Assembly: GCA_033762115.1 (NCBI GenBank)
Contig: JANRLX010000103.1
Span: 1-64,000 of the forward strand
From: Verrucomicrobiota bacterium
GTDB lineage: Bacteria; Verrucomicrobiota; Verrucomicrobiia; Limisphaerales; SXQI01
Direction: 5' to 3'
DNA length: 64,000 nucleotides
The notes below the pieces were generated by a model. It made no database searches, was not told where the DNA came from, and worked only from the letters and a program-made list of their open reading frames with translations. Positions 39,622 through 49,491 of the stretch are shown one piece after another (within the stretch, counting starts at the first letter, position 1; every line of letters starts with the position of its first letter). The translations under genes were made by a program, and so were the position numbers.

Positions 39622-40908
39622 TTACGCGGTTTCTGTGCGGTGCAATTTCTCCTCCTCTTTCAACAGGGCCTTTTCCCGTTCAAACAAAGTCGGATGCGAA
39701 TAGTAAACCGCACTGTAAATCGGATGCGGGGTCAGGTTACTGAGGTTTTTCTCCGTCATTTTGCGGAGCGAGGTGATCAACGCGTGCGGGCCGTGGGTCA
39801 TTCGGGAGGCGAAGGCATCCGCTTCGTACTCAAACCTCCTCGCGACAAAATTGCCGATTGGGGAAAAATAAAAAGTGATCGTCCCGCTGAGAAGGGTGAA
39901 CAGGAGCAGGGCCGGGACAATGCTTCCCTGGGAGAAGCCGAAGGCGCGATAAAACCATTCCTGCTCCGCGAGCCAGGCCACCATGAAAAAACCGCCGAAA
40001 CTCAGGATTGCGGAGCTGAACAACATTTTTGGAATGTGCCGTTTTTTGTAATGCCCGATTTCGTGAGCAAGGACTGCTTCAAGCTCAGCTTCATCCAGTT
40101 GTTGAACCAGCGTGTCAAACAGCACGATTTTTCTCCATTTGCTGAAGCCGGTGAAAAAAGCATTGGAGTGACGGCTTCGTTTGCTCCCATCCATCACGAG
40201 GATATTTTGCGCGTAGAAACCGGACCGTTCTCCAAGGGTCAGGAGCCGTTTCCGCAGCGAGCCTTCCTTCAATGGGATGAATTTGTTGAAGAGCGGCAGG
40301 ATCAGGATTGGCGCGAGCACCATCATGATCAATTGAAACAGGAGCATTGCCGCCCAACCCCAGATCCACCAGTTTTGCCCGGTCCACTCGACAATTTTTA
40401 CCAGCAGCAGGAGCATCGGAATCCCGATCACCCCACCCAGCAACAGGGCCTTTGCCCGGTCGATCCACCAAAGTTTTTTGGTCATGGTGTTGAACCCAAA
40501 ACGCTCTTCGATGATGAACTGGGAGTACCATTCCAGCGGCATGCCGAGCAGGCTGAAAAGCACGCCGATAACAAATAGATAAGAAGATTGCACCAGCGCC
40601 CCTCGCCCGCCCTGTTCGATAAACCATTCGAACATTGCAGGCAGTAAACCGCTGAAAAGGACCAGTATCAGGATTGCGGCATTAAAGATAATCTCGAAGC
40701 TTTCAAACCTGCTTTTCGCCAGTGTATAGGCGACCGATTTTTCGTAAACCGCCGTGTCAAATTTTTCGGTCGAGACCCCGGAGGGAGGCGACTGACGCTG
40801 CCTGGAATATTTCCGGTTGATGGACTCCAGCCAAAGCTGGAGCGCCATTTTTCCAAGGACCAACAGCAGCGCACCGGCGCTCACAAATTCCGGTGACGTG
40901 AGCTTCAT
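39622..40908 (-). CDS. M48 family Ste24-like metalloprotease
   Basis: DGSKRSRHSNAFFTG, AVLAHEIGH, EYEADAF, YSHPTL. Confidence 0.93.
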   Translation of the reverse strand: MKLTSPEFVSAGALLLVLGKMALQLWLESINRKYSRQRQSPPSGVSTEKFDTAVYEKSVAYTLAKSRFESFEIIFNAAILILVLFSGLLPAMFEWFIEQGGRGALVQSSYLFVIGVLFSLLGMPLEWYSQFIIEERFGFNTMTKKLWWIDRAKALLLGGVIGIPMLLLLVKIVEWTGQNWWIWGWAAMLLFQLIMMVLAPILILPLFNKFIPLKEGSLRKRLLTLGERSGFYAQNILVMDGSKRSRHSNAFFTGFSKWRKIVLFDTLVQQLDEAELEAVLAHEIGHYKKRHIPKMLFSSAILSFGGFFMVAWLAEQEWFYRAFGFSQGSIVPALLLFTLLSGTITFYFSPIGNFVARRFEYEADAFASRMTHGPHALITSLRKMTEKNLSNLTPHPIYSAVYYSHPTLFEREKALLKEEEKLHRTETA

Positions 40909-40921
40909 GGCTGCTGCGGGT

Positions 40922-42169
40922 TTAAAACTCGAATTTAGTGTCGCTCAATCGCCGGGCAATTTCTGCAAGCACGCGCGCTTCATCATCCGCTCCTTTGGCA
41001 ACAAACGTGACACTGAATCTCAGGTAATTTCCCGCATCATCCCACGGCACGGTGGAAATCAGTTTTTCCGTGATCAGCCATTGCGACACTTCCTCCCCAT
41101 TCTGGAACGGCACGCGCGTGCCATCCTGTTTGACTGCGGCTTTGGGCGCTTTGACATAGAGAAAAAATGAACCGTTCGGCTTCACCGCGTTGAACCCGGC
41201 ATTACGGAGCACCTTCACCAGCGAGTCCATCCGCCGGGAATACTTGGCCGCGATTTTTTCCGTGATTTCAGGATGATCCAGGCAGTAGGCAGCAGCGTGC
41301 TGGATCGCGAGGAACTGGCCGGAATCGGTATTATCCTTTGCATCCCCGTACGCCTTGACCAGAAGTTCATTGCCCACCACGAAGCCGCAACGCCATCCGG
41401 TCATGTTAAAACTCTTGCTTGTGGAATGCAGTTCGATTCCCACTTCCTTTGCGCCCGGTGTGGCGAGGAAGCTGAGCGGTTTTCCCTTGAAAACCAGCGA
41501 GGCATAGGCTGCGTCATGAATCACCACGAGGTTGTTCTTTTGCGCGAAACGGACCACTTCCTGGAAAAATTCCGGGGAAGCGCTGGCTCCGGTTGGGTTG
41601 TTGGGATAATTGATCACCAACACTTTTGCCTTGGCGAGAATCTCGGCAGGGATCGATTTCAGATCGGGCAAAAAGCGGTTTTCGGCAGTGAGTGGAAGCT
41701 GATGGACAAGCCCGCCATAATACTTCGAATGTGTGCCAAAAACCGGGTAACCGGGCGTGGTCATGAGCACGTAATCGCCGGGATTGATCAGCACCATCGG
41801 CAGGATGGAAAGCGCTGCCTTGCTCCCGATTGAATGCAGCACTTCAGTTTCAGGATTGATGCCGGGAACTCCACAGACTTTCTCCATGTAACGGGCTGCG
41901 GCCTGTTTCAACACTGAATCGCCATTGTCCGCGTAGCCGCGATTTTCCGGTTTAAGTGCCTCCTGGTGAAGAACATTGATGACTTCCGGAAAAGCCATCT
42001 CATCCGGTTCACCCACTCCTATGTCGATAATTTCCGCGCTGGGGTTGGCAGCCAGGGCGGCGCGCTTGGCGCGTTTGATTTTTTCAAATTTATAAATCGC
42101 AGTGGATTTTCCGTAAAGACGGCCGCCAATCCGTTCGGCCAAAAGGCCTTGAATATATGAATCTGACAT
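40922..42169 (-). CDS. dapL: LL-diaminopimelate aminotransferase
   Basis: GVGEPD, IGSK, NYPNNPTG, HDAAY, SKSFNMTGWR, DSGQF. Confidence 0.85.
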   Translation of the reverse strand: MSDSYIQGLLAERIGGRLYGKSTAIYKFEKIKRAKRAALAANPSAEIIDIGVGEPDEMAFPEVINVLHQEALKPENRGYADNGDSVLKQAAARYMEKVCGVPGINPETEVLHSIGSKAALSILPMVLINPGDYVLMTTPGYPVFGTHSKYYGGLVHQLPLTAENRFLPDLKSIPAEILAKAKVLVINYPNNPTGASASPEFFQEVVRFAQKNNLVVIHDAAYASLVFKGKPLSFLATPGAKEVGIELHSTSKSFNMTGWRCGFVVGNELLVKAYGDAKDNTDSGQFLAIQHAAAYCLDHPEITEKIAAKYSRRMDSLVKVLRNAGFNAVKPNGSFFLYVKAPKAAVKQDGTRVPFQNGEEVSQWLITEKLISTVPWDDAGNYLRFSVTFVAKGADDEARVLAEIARRLSDTKFEF

Positions 42170-42236
42170 ATAAAGCGGGCAGATTAGCTGCCGCCCGGAA
42201 TCTTGCCAAATTTTTTGCGGAGAAATGTCGCCCCTC

Positions 42237-42308
42237 TAAAAAGAGGAAGCCGCCGCGAATATATCGGGCGGCTGCCATCCCAAACAATAAACAAACAAAC
42301 CTAGACTA
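42237..42308 (-). ncRNA. candidate small RNA (promoter + GU-rich body + terminator-like hairpin)
   Basis: GTTTGTTTGTTTATTGTTTG body, AGCCGCC/GGCGGCT stem followed by TCCTCTTTTT; upstream sigma-28-type promoter. Confidence 0.5.
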
Positions 42309-42314
42309 CAGCTG

Positions 42315-42341
42315 ATATCGGCAGTTTTGGGAGAGGGTTTA
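42315..42341 (-). promoter_or_regulatory. sigma-28 (FliA/WhiG)-type promoter
   Basis: TAAA-N15-GCCGATAT on the minus strand, versus consensus TAAA-N15-GCCGATAA. Confidence 0.6.
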
Positions 42342-42410
42342 GCTCGAAAAAGAGGGAGAACGCGCAGTTCGCCATTGCCTTTCAGTGAGCATGCAAGAAA
42401 ATGGCTTCCT

Positions 42411-43205
42411 ATGGTCCAATACCTGGATTTGCTGCGTCTTGTCCTCGATCAGGGAAAGTTCAAAGAAGATCGCACGGGCACAGGCACTTACGCTATTTTT
42501 GGCGCGCAGGCACGCTTTCCCTTATCAGACGGTTTTCCACTCCTGACCACGAAAAAAGTCCATCTCCGGTCCATCATCTATGAACTGCTCTGGTTTTTGC
42601 GGGGTGAGACCAATATCAAATATTTGAAGGAAAATGGGGTGACAATCTGGGATGAATGGGCGGATGCGGAGGGAAACCTGGGGCGGGTCTATGGAGCGCA
42701 ATGGTGTGATTGGCGGACAGCGGATGGGCGGTCGATCAATCAGATCGACCGGGTGATTGAGCAGATCAAAACCAAACCCGATAGCCGCCGGTTAATTGTG
42801 AGTGCCTGGAATGTGGGTGAGATTGAACAAATGGCGTTGCCGCCGTGCCACGCGTTTTTCCAATTTTTTGTGCAGGAGGGAGAGCTAAGCTGCCAGTTGT
42901 ATCAGCGCAGCGCCGACCTGTTCCTCGGGGTGCCGTTCAACATTGCGAGTTACGCGTTATTGACGATGATGGTGGCGCAGGTGACGAATCTGCGGCCCGG
43001 GACATTTGTGCATACGTTCGGGGACCTGCATCTTTACAGTAACCACCTGGAACAGGCGAAACTGCAATTGTCGCGCGAACCGCGCCCGCTTCCGCAAATG
43101 CGGCTGAATCCCTCGATCAAAAACATCCACGATTTCAAGTATGAGGATTTTGAACTGATGAATTACGATCCACATCCGGGAATCAAAGCACCGATTGCGG
43201 TTTAG
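42411..43205 (+). CDS. thyA: thymidylate synthase
   Basis: DRTGTGT, ELLWFL.G, LPPCH, YQRSAD, PFNIASY. Confidence 0.98.
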   Translation: MVQYLDLLRLVLDQGKFKEDRTGTGTYAIFGAQARFPLSDGFPLLTTKKVHLRSIIYELLWFLRGETNIKYLKENGVTIWDEWADAEGNLGRVYGAQWCDWRTADGRSINQIDRVIEQIKTKPDSRRLIVSAWNVGEIEQMALPPCHAFFQFFVQEGELSCQLYQRSADLFLGVPFNIASYALLTMMVAQVTNLRPGTFVHTFGDLHLYSNHLEQAKLQLSREPRPLPQMRLNPSIKNIHDFKYEDFELMNYDPHPGIKAPIAV

Positions 43206-43223
43206 TTACGGTGCTGAGAAGCG

Positions 43224-43985
43224 ATGCCAATGATTGATCTTCAAACCATTGTGACGTGGTGCGACGGGGAGTTGCGGACGGCGGAGGTGACTGATTATCC
43301 GGGCGCGGTCAATGGGTTGCAGGTGGCGAATTCGGGCAAGGTCAGAAAAATCGCGGCGGCTGTGGATGGCACGTTGCGAACGGCGCAAATGGCCGTTGCG
43401 GACGGGGCCAGCCTGCTGCTGGTGCATCACGGTTTTTTCTGGGGCCAATCGCATCCCTGGACAGGGAAACGATATGAGTTGATCAAGCTGCTGACCGAAC
43501 ATGACCTGGCCGTTTACAGTTCACACCTGCCATTGGACGTCCATCCCAGATATGGCAACAACAGTCAGCTGGCGCGGGCGATGGGATTCAAAAAACTGGC
43601 TCCCTTTTTTTTCGAGAAAGGACAACACTTGGGGATCCGCACGGAACTTTCCATTTCCCGCAAGGCCCTTGTGGAGCAGCTGGCCAAAGCCGTGGGGGGA
43701 GCGGTCAGGCTGGTTCCCGGCGGACCGGAAAAATGTCGAAAAATCGGGATTGTCACAGGCGGGGCGGGTGACAGTGTAAAGATCGCTGCCGCAGAAGGGG
43801 TGGATACATTCATCACAGGGGAAGGGCGGCATTGGACCTACGCGCTCGCAGAGGAATTGGGGATCAACCTTCTTTACGCCGGGCATTATGCGACTGAGAC
43901 TTTTGGGGTGAAGGCGTTGGGCGCGGAGTTATCGCGCCGGTTCAAACTGCCCTGGACATTCCTGGATCATCCCACCGGATTGTGA
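43224..43985 (+). CDS. Nif3-like dinuclear metal center protein
   Basis: NGLQV, VHHG, HLPLD.HP..GNN, FITGE, GHYATE. Confidence 0.93.
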   Translation: MPMIDLQTIVTWCDGELRTAEVTDYPGAVNGLQVANSGKVRKIAAAVDGTLRTAQMAVADGASLLLVHHGFFWGQSHPWTGKRYELIKLLTEHDLAVYSSHLPLDVHPRYGNNSQLARAMGFKKLAPFFFEKGQHLGIRTELSISRKALVEQLAKAVGGAVRLVPGGPEKCRKIGIVTGGAGDSVKIAAAEGVDTFITGEGRHWTYALAEELGINLLYAGHYATETFGVKALGAELSRRFKLPWTFLDHPTGL

Positions 43986-44833
43986 CGATCCTGGAGATTA
44001 TCAAGGCGAGCTCTGATTTTCTTGCCCGCAAAGGTGTGGATTCGCCACGGCTGCAAAGTGAATTGTTGCTTGCCCATGTCCTGGAAATCCCCCGATTAAA
44101 GCTGTACCTGCAATTTGAGCGTGGGCTGGAGGAGCAGCAGATTTCCAGGATGCGGGAATTGGTCCGGCGACGGGGAAACCGGGAGCCTCTGCAACATCTG
44201 GTGGGGAGCGTTTCATTTTGTGGATATGAAATCGAAGTGAACCGGAGCGTGCTGATCCCGCGACCGGAAACGGAATTGCTGGCGGAGCAGGCATGGAAGT
44301 TCCTCAAGGGACTTGATGGCGCAACAACCCTGCTGGATTGGGGAACAGGAAGTGGATGCCTGCCCATTGCGATTCTTCTGAATGCGCCGGATGCAAGCGC
44401 GGTCGCGCTCGATATTTCAGCGGCGGCATTGGAGGTGGCGCAGCGAAACGTGGCGCGGCATGGCCTGCAGGGCCGGATTGAACTGTGGGAAAGCGACGGT
44501 TTCTCGGCAATCCCCGGCTTGATGCAGTTCGACCTGATCGTCTCCAACCCGCCATACATCCCAAGCCATGAAATTGATTCTCTCCAACCGGAAGTGAAGG
44601 AGTTTGACCCCCGCCTGGCGTTGGACGGAAGCGTGGATGGATTGAAGCGTTACCGCGAATTGGCCGAACAGGGCAGGAGGTTCATGAAACCCGGTGGAAA
44701 AATCATGCTGGAACTGGGGGATGGGCAGGGAGAGGCGGTGCGGGAAATTTTTACGGGCCAAAACTGGATTGTGGAAACGATCCTCAACGATTATTCTGAC
44801 CGTCAACGCGTTTTCATCGGCAGGATTGGATAG
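43982..44833 (+). CDS. prmC: release factor glutamine methyltransferase
   Basis: EPLQHL, LIPRPETE, DWGTGSG, SNPPYI. Confidence 0.95.
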   Translation: MTILEIIKASSDFLARKGVDSPRLQSELLLAHVLEIPRLKLYLQFERGLEEQQISRMRELVRRRGNREPLQHLVGSVSFCGYEIEVNRSVLIPRPETELLAEQAWKFLKGLDGATTLLDWGTGSGCLPIAILLNAPDASAVALDISAAALEVAQRNVARHGLQGRIELWESDGFSAIPGLMQFDLIVSNPPYIPSHEIDSLQPEVKEFDPRLALDGSVDGLKRYRELAEQGRRFMKPGGKIMLELGDGQGEAVREIFTGQNWIVETILNDYSDRQRVFIGRIG

Positions 44834-44836
44834 ATC

Positions 44837-46099
44837 ATGGATTGTTTACAGATTAAAGGCGGCGTTCCGCTGGAAGGTGAAGTGGAGATCAGTGGCGCAA
44901 AAAATGCCGTTCTTCCCATATTGGCTGCAACCCTGTTGACGCGGGAAAAATGCGTCATTCATCGTGTGCCCGACCTCAGCGATGTGACTTTCATGGGGCA
45001 GATCCTGAGTTCACTTGGCGCAGAGGTTTCTTTTCAGGGCGGGAGCGTTTCCATCGAGGCAGACAAGATCACCGGAGTGGGCGATTACGACCTGATCCGG
45101 AAAATGCGCGGCTCGATCTGCATTCTCGGCCCTTTGCTGGCGCGGCTGAAGAAAGCGCAGGTTTCACTCCCCGGCGGTTGTGTGATTGGATCGCGCCCGG
45201 TTGACCTTCATTTGAAAGGATTGGAAGCGCTGGGGGCCAACATCAGGATTGAAGGCGGCTATGTGATCGCGACGGCAAAACGGCTGATCGGAAACGAAAT
45301 GTTTTTGGGCGGTCGCTCAGGACCAACGGTCCTTGGGACTGCCAACATCATGATGGCTGCAACCCTGGCGGAAGGGGTCACGATCATTGAAAGCGCCGCG
45401 TGCGAGCCTGAGGTGACCGACCTGGCGAATTTCCTGAATTCGATGGGGGCAAAAGTTTCCGGCGCAGGCAGTCCCACCATCACAATCCAGGGGGTCAGGG
45501 AATTGCACGGCGCAGAGCATGAAGTGATTCCGGACCGAATCGAGGCCGCCACCTTTGCAATTGCCGCTGCCGCGACAGATGGCGAGGTGACGATCAAGGG
45601 ATCGCGACCGGAGCATTACGGCGCGGTGCTGGATAAATTGCGCAATGCGGGCGTGCAGATCACGCGGACAGGATCGAACCTGAAAGTGAAGCGGGGAAGA
45701 AAATTGAAGGCAGTCGATGTCACCACACTGCCTTATTCCGGGTTTCCAACCGATGTTCAGGCGCAAATGATGGTGCTGATGGCGTTAACGCCCGGCATCA
45801 GCATTATCACGGAACGGATTTTTGAATCCCGCTTCATGCATGTCAGCGAACTGGCGCGGCTTGGCGCGGAAATTGCCATCGAAGGTCCCAGCGCCATAGT
45901 CAAAGGGGGAAGGCCGTTCAGTGGAGCCCCGGTGATGGCAAGTGACCTGCGGGCCTCGGCCGCACTGGTAATTGCGGGGATGGTTGCGGAGGGAACAACG
46001 CTGGTGAAACGGATTTACCACCTGGATCGGGGTTATGAAAACATCGATCAAAAACTTAAACGCCTGGGAGCACGGATCCAGCGGGTGCCGGAAACCTGA
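44837..46099 (+). CDS. murA: UDP-N-acetylglucosamine 1-carboxyvinyltransferase
   Basis: SGAKNA, LPGGCVIGSRPVDLH, PDRIE, GFPTD.Q, DLRA, LDRGY. Confidence 0.98.
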   Translation: MDCLQIKGGVPLEGEVEISGAKNAVLPILAATLLTREKCVIHRVPDLSDVTFMGQILSSLGAEVSFQGGSVSIEADKITGVGDYDLIRKMRGSICILGPLLARLKKAQVSLPGGCVIGSRPVDLHLKGLEALGANIRIEGGYVIATAKRLIGNEMFLGGRSGPTVLGTANIMMAATLAEGVTIIESAACEPEVTDLANFLNSMGAKVSGAGSPTITIQGVRELHGAEHEVIPDRIEAATFAIAAAATDGEVTIKGSRPEHYGAVLDKLRNAGVQITRTGSNLKVKRGRKLKAVDVTTLPYSGFPTDVQAQMMVLMALTPGISIITERIFESRFMHVSELARLGAEIAIEGPSAIVKGGRPFSGAPVMASDLRASAALVIAGMVAEGTTLVKRIYHLDRGYENIDQKLKRLGARIQRVPET

Positions 46100-46127
46100 C
46101 CGGCCGTATGAAAGGAGATAACTGCGC

Positions 46128-46520
46128 ATGCTCAAGTTTTTGATTACCGCAGTGATTGTCCTGACGGTCTATTTCGGCACGAAAAAATTGATCTTCGAGT
46201 ACAAGGAGGTCGAGCAGCAGGAAAAGGGGGGCGTGGTCAGCAGTGCGCCGCTCGGACTTGAAGGATTACCTCCCTATCTTGAGGCGAGCCTGGACACAGC
46301 CCAGAAACAAGGGCCGGGGACCATGCGGGAGTGGTTGAAGAAAAACCGGCATCTCGTGCGGGATCCGCGACTGGCGGAGATTGAGCTGGATTATGTGCTG
46401 CTGGTCAGCCGGGACAACCGGGAGGAAGCCAAACGCGTTTTCAAATCAGTGAAGGAACGCACCCCGAAAGATTCGCCGCTGGCTCCACGGATCAATCGCC
46501 TGGCAGCGACCTACGATTGA
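46128..46520 (+). CDS. hypothetical membrane-anchored protein
   Basis: 130-aa ORF with AAGGAG RBS and an N-terminal hydrophobic segment. Confidence 0.7.
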   Translation: MLKFLITAVIVLTVYFGTKKLIFEYKEVEQQEKGGVVSSAPLGLEGLPPYLEASLDTAQKQGPGTMREWLKKNRHLVRDPRLAEIELDYVLLVSRDNREEAKRVFKSVKERTPKDSPLAPRINRLAATYD

Positions 46521-46527
46521 TTGCGCT

Positions 46528-47091
46528 GTGCTGCTGGCATTCAACAAACCGCACGGAGTCCTTTCTCAATTCTCTCCGGATGGCTCCTCCAACCGAACTC
46601 TCGCGGATTTCGATTTTCCAAAAAATGTTTACCCGATCGGACGTCTGGATGCCGATTCCGAAGGATTGCTGCTCCTCAGTGATGAAGCGAGGTGGACCGA
46701 CCGGTTGTTGAATCCGAAGCGCGGCCATGAGCGGACTTACTGGGTGCAGGTTGAACGAATTCCAACAATTGAAAGTTGCGGCACCCTGGAAGCAGGAGTT
46801 GAGATTCAAGGTTATCGAACCTTGCCCTGCAAGGCCAGGTTGCTGGAGCCCGCGCCGCTGGTGGCAGAACGCAACCCGCCGATTCGCTTCAGGAAAAATG
46901 TTCCGACCGCCTGGCTCGAGCTTTCATTGATTGAAGGAAAAAACCGGCAGGTCCGAAAGATGACCGCCGCGGTGGGGCACCCAACTCTTCGACTCATCCG
47001 GGTGGCGATTGGAGAATTCCGGCTGGAGCAGTTGCCTGAAGGGAAGTGGAAGGAATTAAACGCCTCGGAACGGGCGTTATTGCTCGCTTGA
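46528..47091 (+). CDS. pseudouridine synthase (RsuA/RluE family)
   Basis: FNKP.GV, GRLDADSEGLLLL, EGKNRQVRKM, LRLIR. Confidence 0.92.
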   Translation: MLLAFNKPHGVLSQFSPDGSSNRTLADFDFPKNVYPIGRLDADSEGLLLLSDEARWTDRLLNPKRGHERTYWVQVERIPTIESCGTLEAGVEIQGYRTLPCKARLLEPAPLVAERNPPIRFRKNVPTAWLELSLIEGKNRQVRKMTAAVGHPTLRLIRVAIGEFRLEQLPEGKWKELNASERALLLA

Positions 47092-47135
47092 AATGGAGCT
47101 CAGAGAGTTGGCAGGCGATGTTGGTGCGATCCCGA

Positions 47136-48557
47136 TTATTTGGGTGGAGTGCTTTTCGGCATTTTGCCTTTGAAAGGCAAGGTATCCGGGGTAACGCGCA
47201 CTTCGGTTGTGAATTTTAGCGGAGCAGGTTTTCCTTCAAAGGTGAACTCCACAAAATAGGCGGTCCAACCTTCAACCGGTGGCGGCACTTCGATGGACCA
47301 GAGAGTGGCGTTGGGATCAAGATCCCGGCTGGCCCATGAAGGGCCAATGGTTTCGAGCCGGAAATCGCGGGCGGTGGGATTGGTGGCCTGCCAAAGTTTT
47401 ACGGCATGCGCTTTCTTGTTGAGGCTCGCTTCAATTTTTCCGGGGGTGTCCATGTTCCATGAAATTTCAGGAACTGTTTTTTTCGTCAGGATGCTTTGGT
47501 AAAATGCGAGCAGGCTTTGCGAGGCATCTGATTTTCTGAGCGAATGGTCTGTGTTGGGAATGTAGCGGAGATATTTCGGTCCTTTCAGCTCTTTCCAGTA
47601 AAATTGGGCGGAATCGGGCAGGAAAAACTGGTCGCCAGTGGCATTGATCAGATATTTGGGAAGTGTCAGCCGGTCGCGATATTCAAACGGCTCCTCGATT
47701 TTCATCAATGCCTTGTATTCCGGGGTATAGGTCCAGTCCATGATCCGCATCGCTTCATAATCCCCCACCGCAGGCGCCCAGAAACCGTAGGCTTCATAAT
47801 GATGCTCGAAGGAGGGGATGACATTGAGCATGTCGATGACAATTGGAATGATTGCCACGACGCGTGAATCCACTGCTGCGGTGGTCCAGCTGGTCCAGCC
47901 TCGTTTTGATGCACCGCTGACGACAAAGCCGCTGACCTGGTGAGCCCCGGCTTTTTGGCTGCGGGAAAAGGCAGCGACGGTATCCATGGCGCGAACGGCG
48001 CTTTTGGTCATGGGCAATCGCGCGGGCCAGCGTTGGTCCCCGGTGCGAAGATATCGATCCCATGTATAGGCCACCAGGCTGTCTTCATGGCGCTCTTCGC
48101 CGTCTCCCTTGAATTTCAGCGGCTGGTTCGGGACCATGCGTAATTCGCTGACGATGGAATCGGTGGTGGTTGCGATTTGCAGCAGGTCCGCCGGAGGGTT
48201 CCGGGGAGGTTCCTTGTCATTGCTGTCGCCGGTAATGAAAAGGAGGGAATTGGTATGCTTGACCTCTTCGGGAATGATAACGGTCAACCAATGTTTCCAG
48301 AGTGGCTGATTCACCTCGTTGGTGGTGAGCCAGGCCTGGGAGGTCATTTCCAGTAAATGCGCCTGCGCCGCGCCCGCTTTGTCGGAACGAACCACGCGCC
48401 AGGTGTAATTGGTGTCCGGCTGGGCAACGTATTCATCGAGAGCGGTGCGGACATCGATTTTTTTTGGTTGCAGAGCGTGGCTGGGAACGGAGCTGCCTGC
48501 CAGCAAGCCGAGAAGAAGCGCAAGTGTGGACCGCCACGCCATTGAAAACAGTTGCAT
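47136..48557 (-). CDS. PhoPQ-activated pathogenicity-related (PqaA) family protein
   Basis: TSQ.W, W.HWL, LPMTKSAVRAMD, GASKRGWT, DQFFLPD. Confidence 0.88.
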   Translation of the reverse strand: MQLFSMAWRSTLALLLGLLAGSSVPSHALQPKKIDVRTALDEYVAQPDTNYTWRVVRSDKAGAAQAHLLEMTSQAWLTTNEVNQPLWKHWLTVIIPEEVKHTNSLLFITGDSNDKEPPRNPPADLLQIATTTDSIVSELRMVPNQPLKFKGDGEERHEDSLVAYTWDRYLRTGDQRWPARLPMTKSAVRAMDTVAAFSRSQKAGAHQVSGFVVSGASKRGWTSWTTAAVDSRVVAIIPIVIDMLNVIPSFEHHYEAYGFWAPAVGDYEAMRIMDWTYTPEYKALMKIEEPFEYRDRLTLPKYLINATGDQFFLPDSAQFYWKELKGPKYLRYIPNTDHSLRKSDASQSLLAFYQSILTKKTVPEISWNMDTPGKIEASLNKKAHAVKLWQATNPTARDFRLETIGPSWASRDLDPNATLWSIEVPPPVEGWTAYFVEFTFEGKPAPLKFTTEVRVTPDTLPFKGKMPKSTPPK

Positions 48558-48649
48558 CGCGGAACTTTATCCAGAGAGGCGGGTGGGTCAACCATTGGCC
48601 TCAAGAATTCCGCAGTTTGTCCCTTCCATCTTTGACGCAGTCGGTTACG

Positions 48650-49474
48650 ATGAGAGCAATGCGTGGCGCGCAAACCAGGACCGCCTTGCTTGCAGCACTG
48701 TTGCTGCTCCTTCTGATTTCCCCCTCCGGCAACGCGCAGTTCTCCGACCGGAACGGCGTTCCCTCATGGGAAGTGGATAAGAAAATGCCCAGGGATTTGT
48801 TCACTTTTGTCCGGATCGAATACTCCTCCTATGGCAGGCGTGGACGGCGCGGAGGGGGCGGTTGGGCAACGGACTGGCCTGATGCCGAGCTGAACCTCGC
48901 CTGGCGGATGCAACAGATGACTTCGTTGCGGATCGCCCCGGAAGGGATTTACATGCGCTTAACCGATCCGCAATTGTTCAAGTATCCGTTCATCTACATT
49001 GTTGAGCCGGGGGGATTGGTTTTTGAAGAGGAGGAGGTTCCGATCCTGCGCAAATATCTGCTGAATGGCGGTTTCCTGATGATCGATGATTTCTGGGGTG
49101 AGCGGGAATATGAGAACCTCGCCGAACAGATGGCACGGGTGTTTCCTGACCGTGAACCGGAGGAGGTGCCGCTGGAACATCCGATTTTCCACACGGTATT
49201 CGACTTGAAGGAAAAACCGCAAATCCCAAGCATCGCCTGGGCTTTCCAGGGACGTGAATACGGGATCACCTGGGAGCGGGAGGATGCGAAAACGCCGCAT
49301 TACAAAGCGATCTACGACGACAAAAAACGGATCATGGTTTTTATCTGTCATAATACGGACCTGGGAGATGGATGGGAGCGGGAGGGAGAGGATGAATGGT
49401 ACTTCCGGGAATTTTCGGAAAAAAAAGCCTACCCGCTCGGGATCAATATCATCTTCTACGCCATGACTCATTAA
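48650..49474 (+). CDS. DUF4159 domain protein
   Basis: W.TDWPDA, LRKYLLNGGFLMIDDFWG, NTDLGDGWE, LGINI..YAMTH. Confidence 0.85.
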   Translation: MRAMRGAQTRTALLAALLLLLLISPSGNAQFSDRNGVPSWEVDKKMPRDLFTFVRIEYSSYGRRGRRGGGGWATDWPDAELNLAWRMQQMTSLRIAPEGIYMRLTDPQLFKYPFIYIVEPGGLVFEEEEVPILRKYLLNGGFLMIDDFWGEREYENLAEQMARVFPDREPEEVPLEHPIFHTVFDLKEKPQIPSIAWAFQGREYGITWEREDAKTPHYKAIYDDKKRIMVFICHNTDLGDGWEREGEDEWYFREFSEKKAYPLGINIIFYAMTH

Positions 49475-49491
49475 CGGAGTTAAGGGAATCT

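Noticed and set aside
39640..40578. long antisense ORFs (also 49582-50487, 13858-14730, 33932-34732, 56051-56866)
   Set aside because: These are shadow frames of well-supported genes on the opposite strand and have no motifs of their own.
42281..42300. AAAC repeats as a CRISPR array or VNTR
   Set aside because: Only 20 nt long with no spacers. No CRISPR array or cas genes were seen anywhere in the window.
42170..42410. lysine riboswitch upstream of dapL
   Set aside because: The structured part is only ~70 nt and lacks a recognisable L-box architecture.
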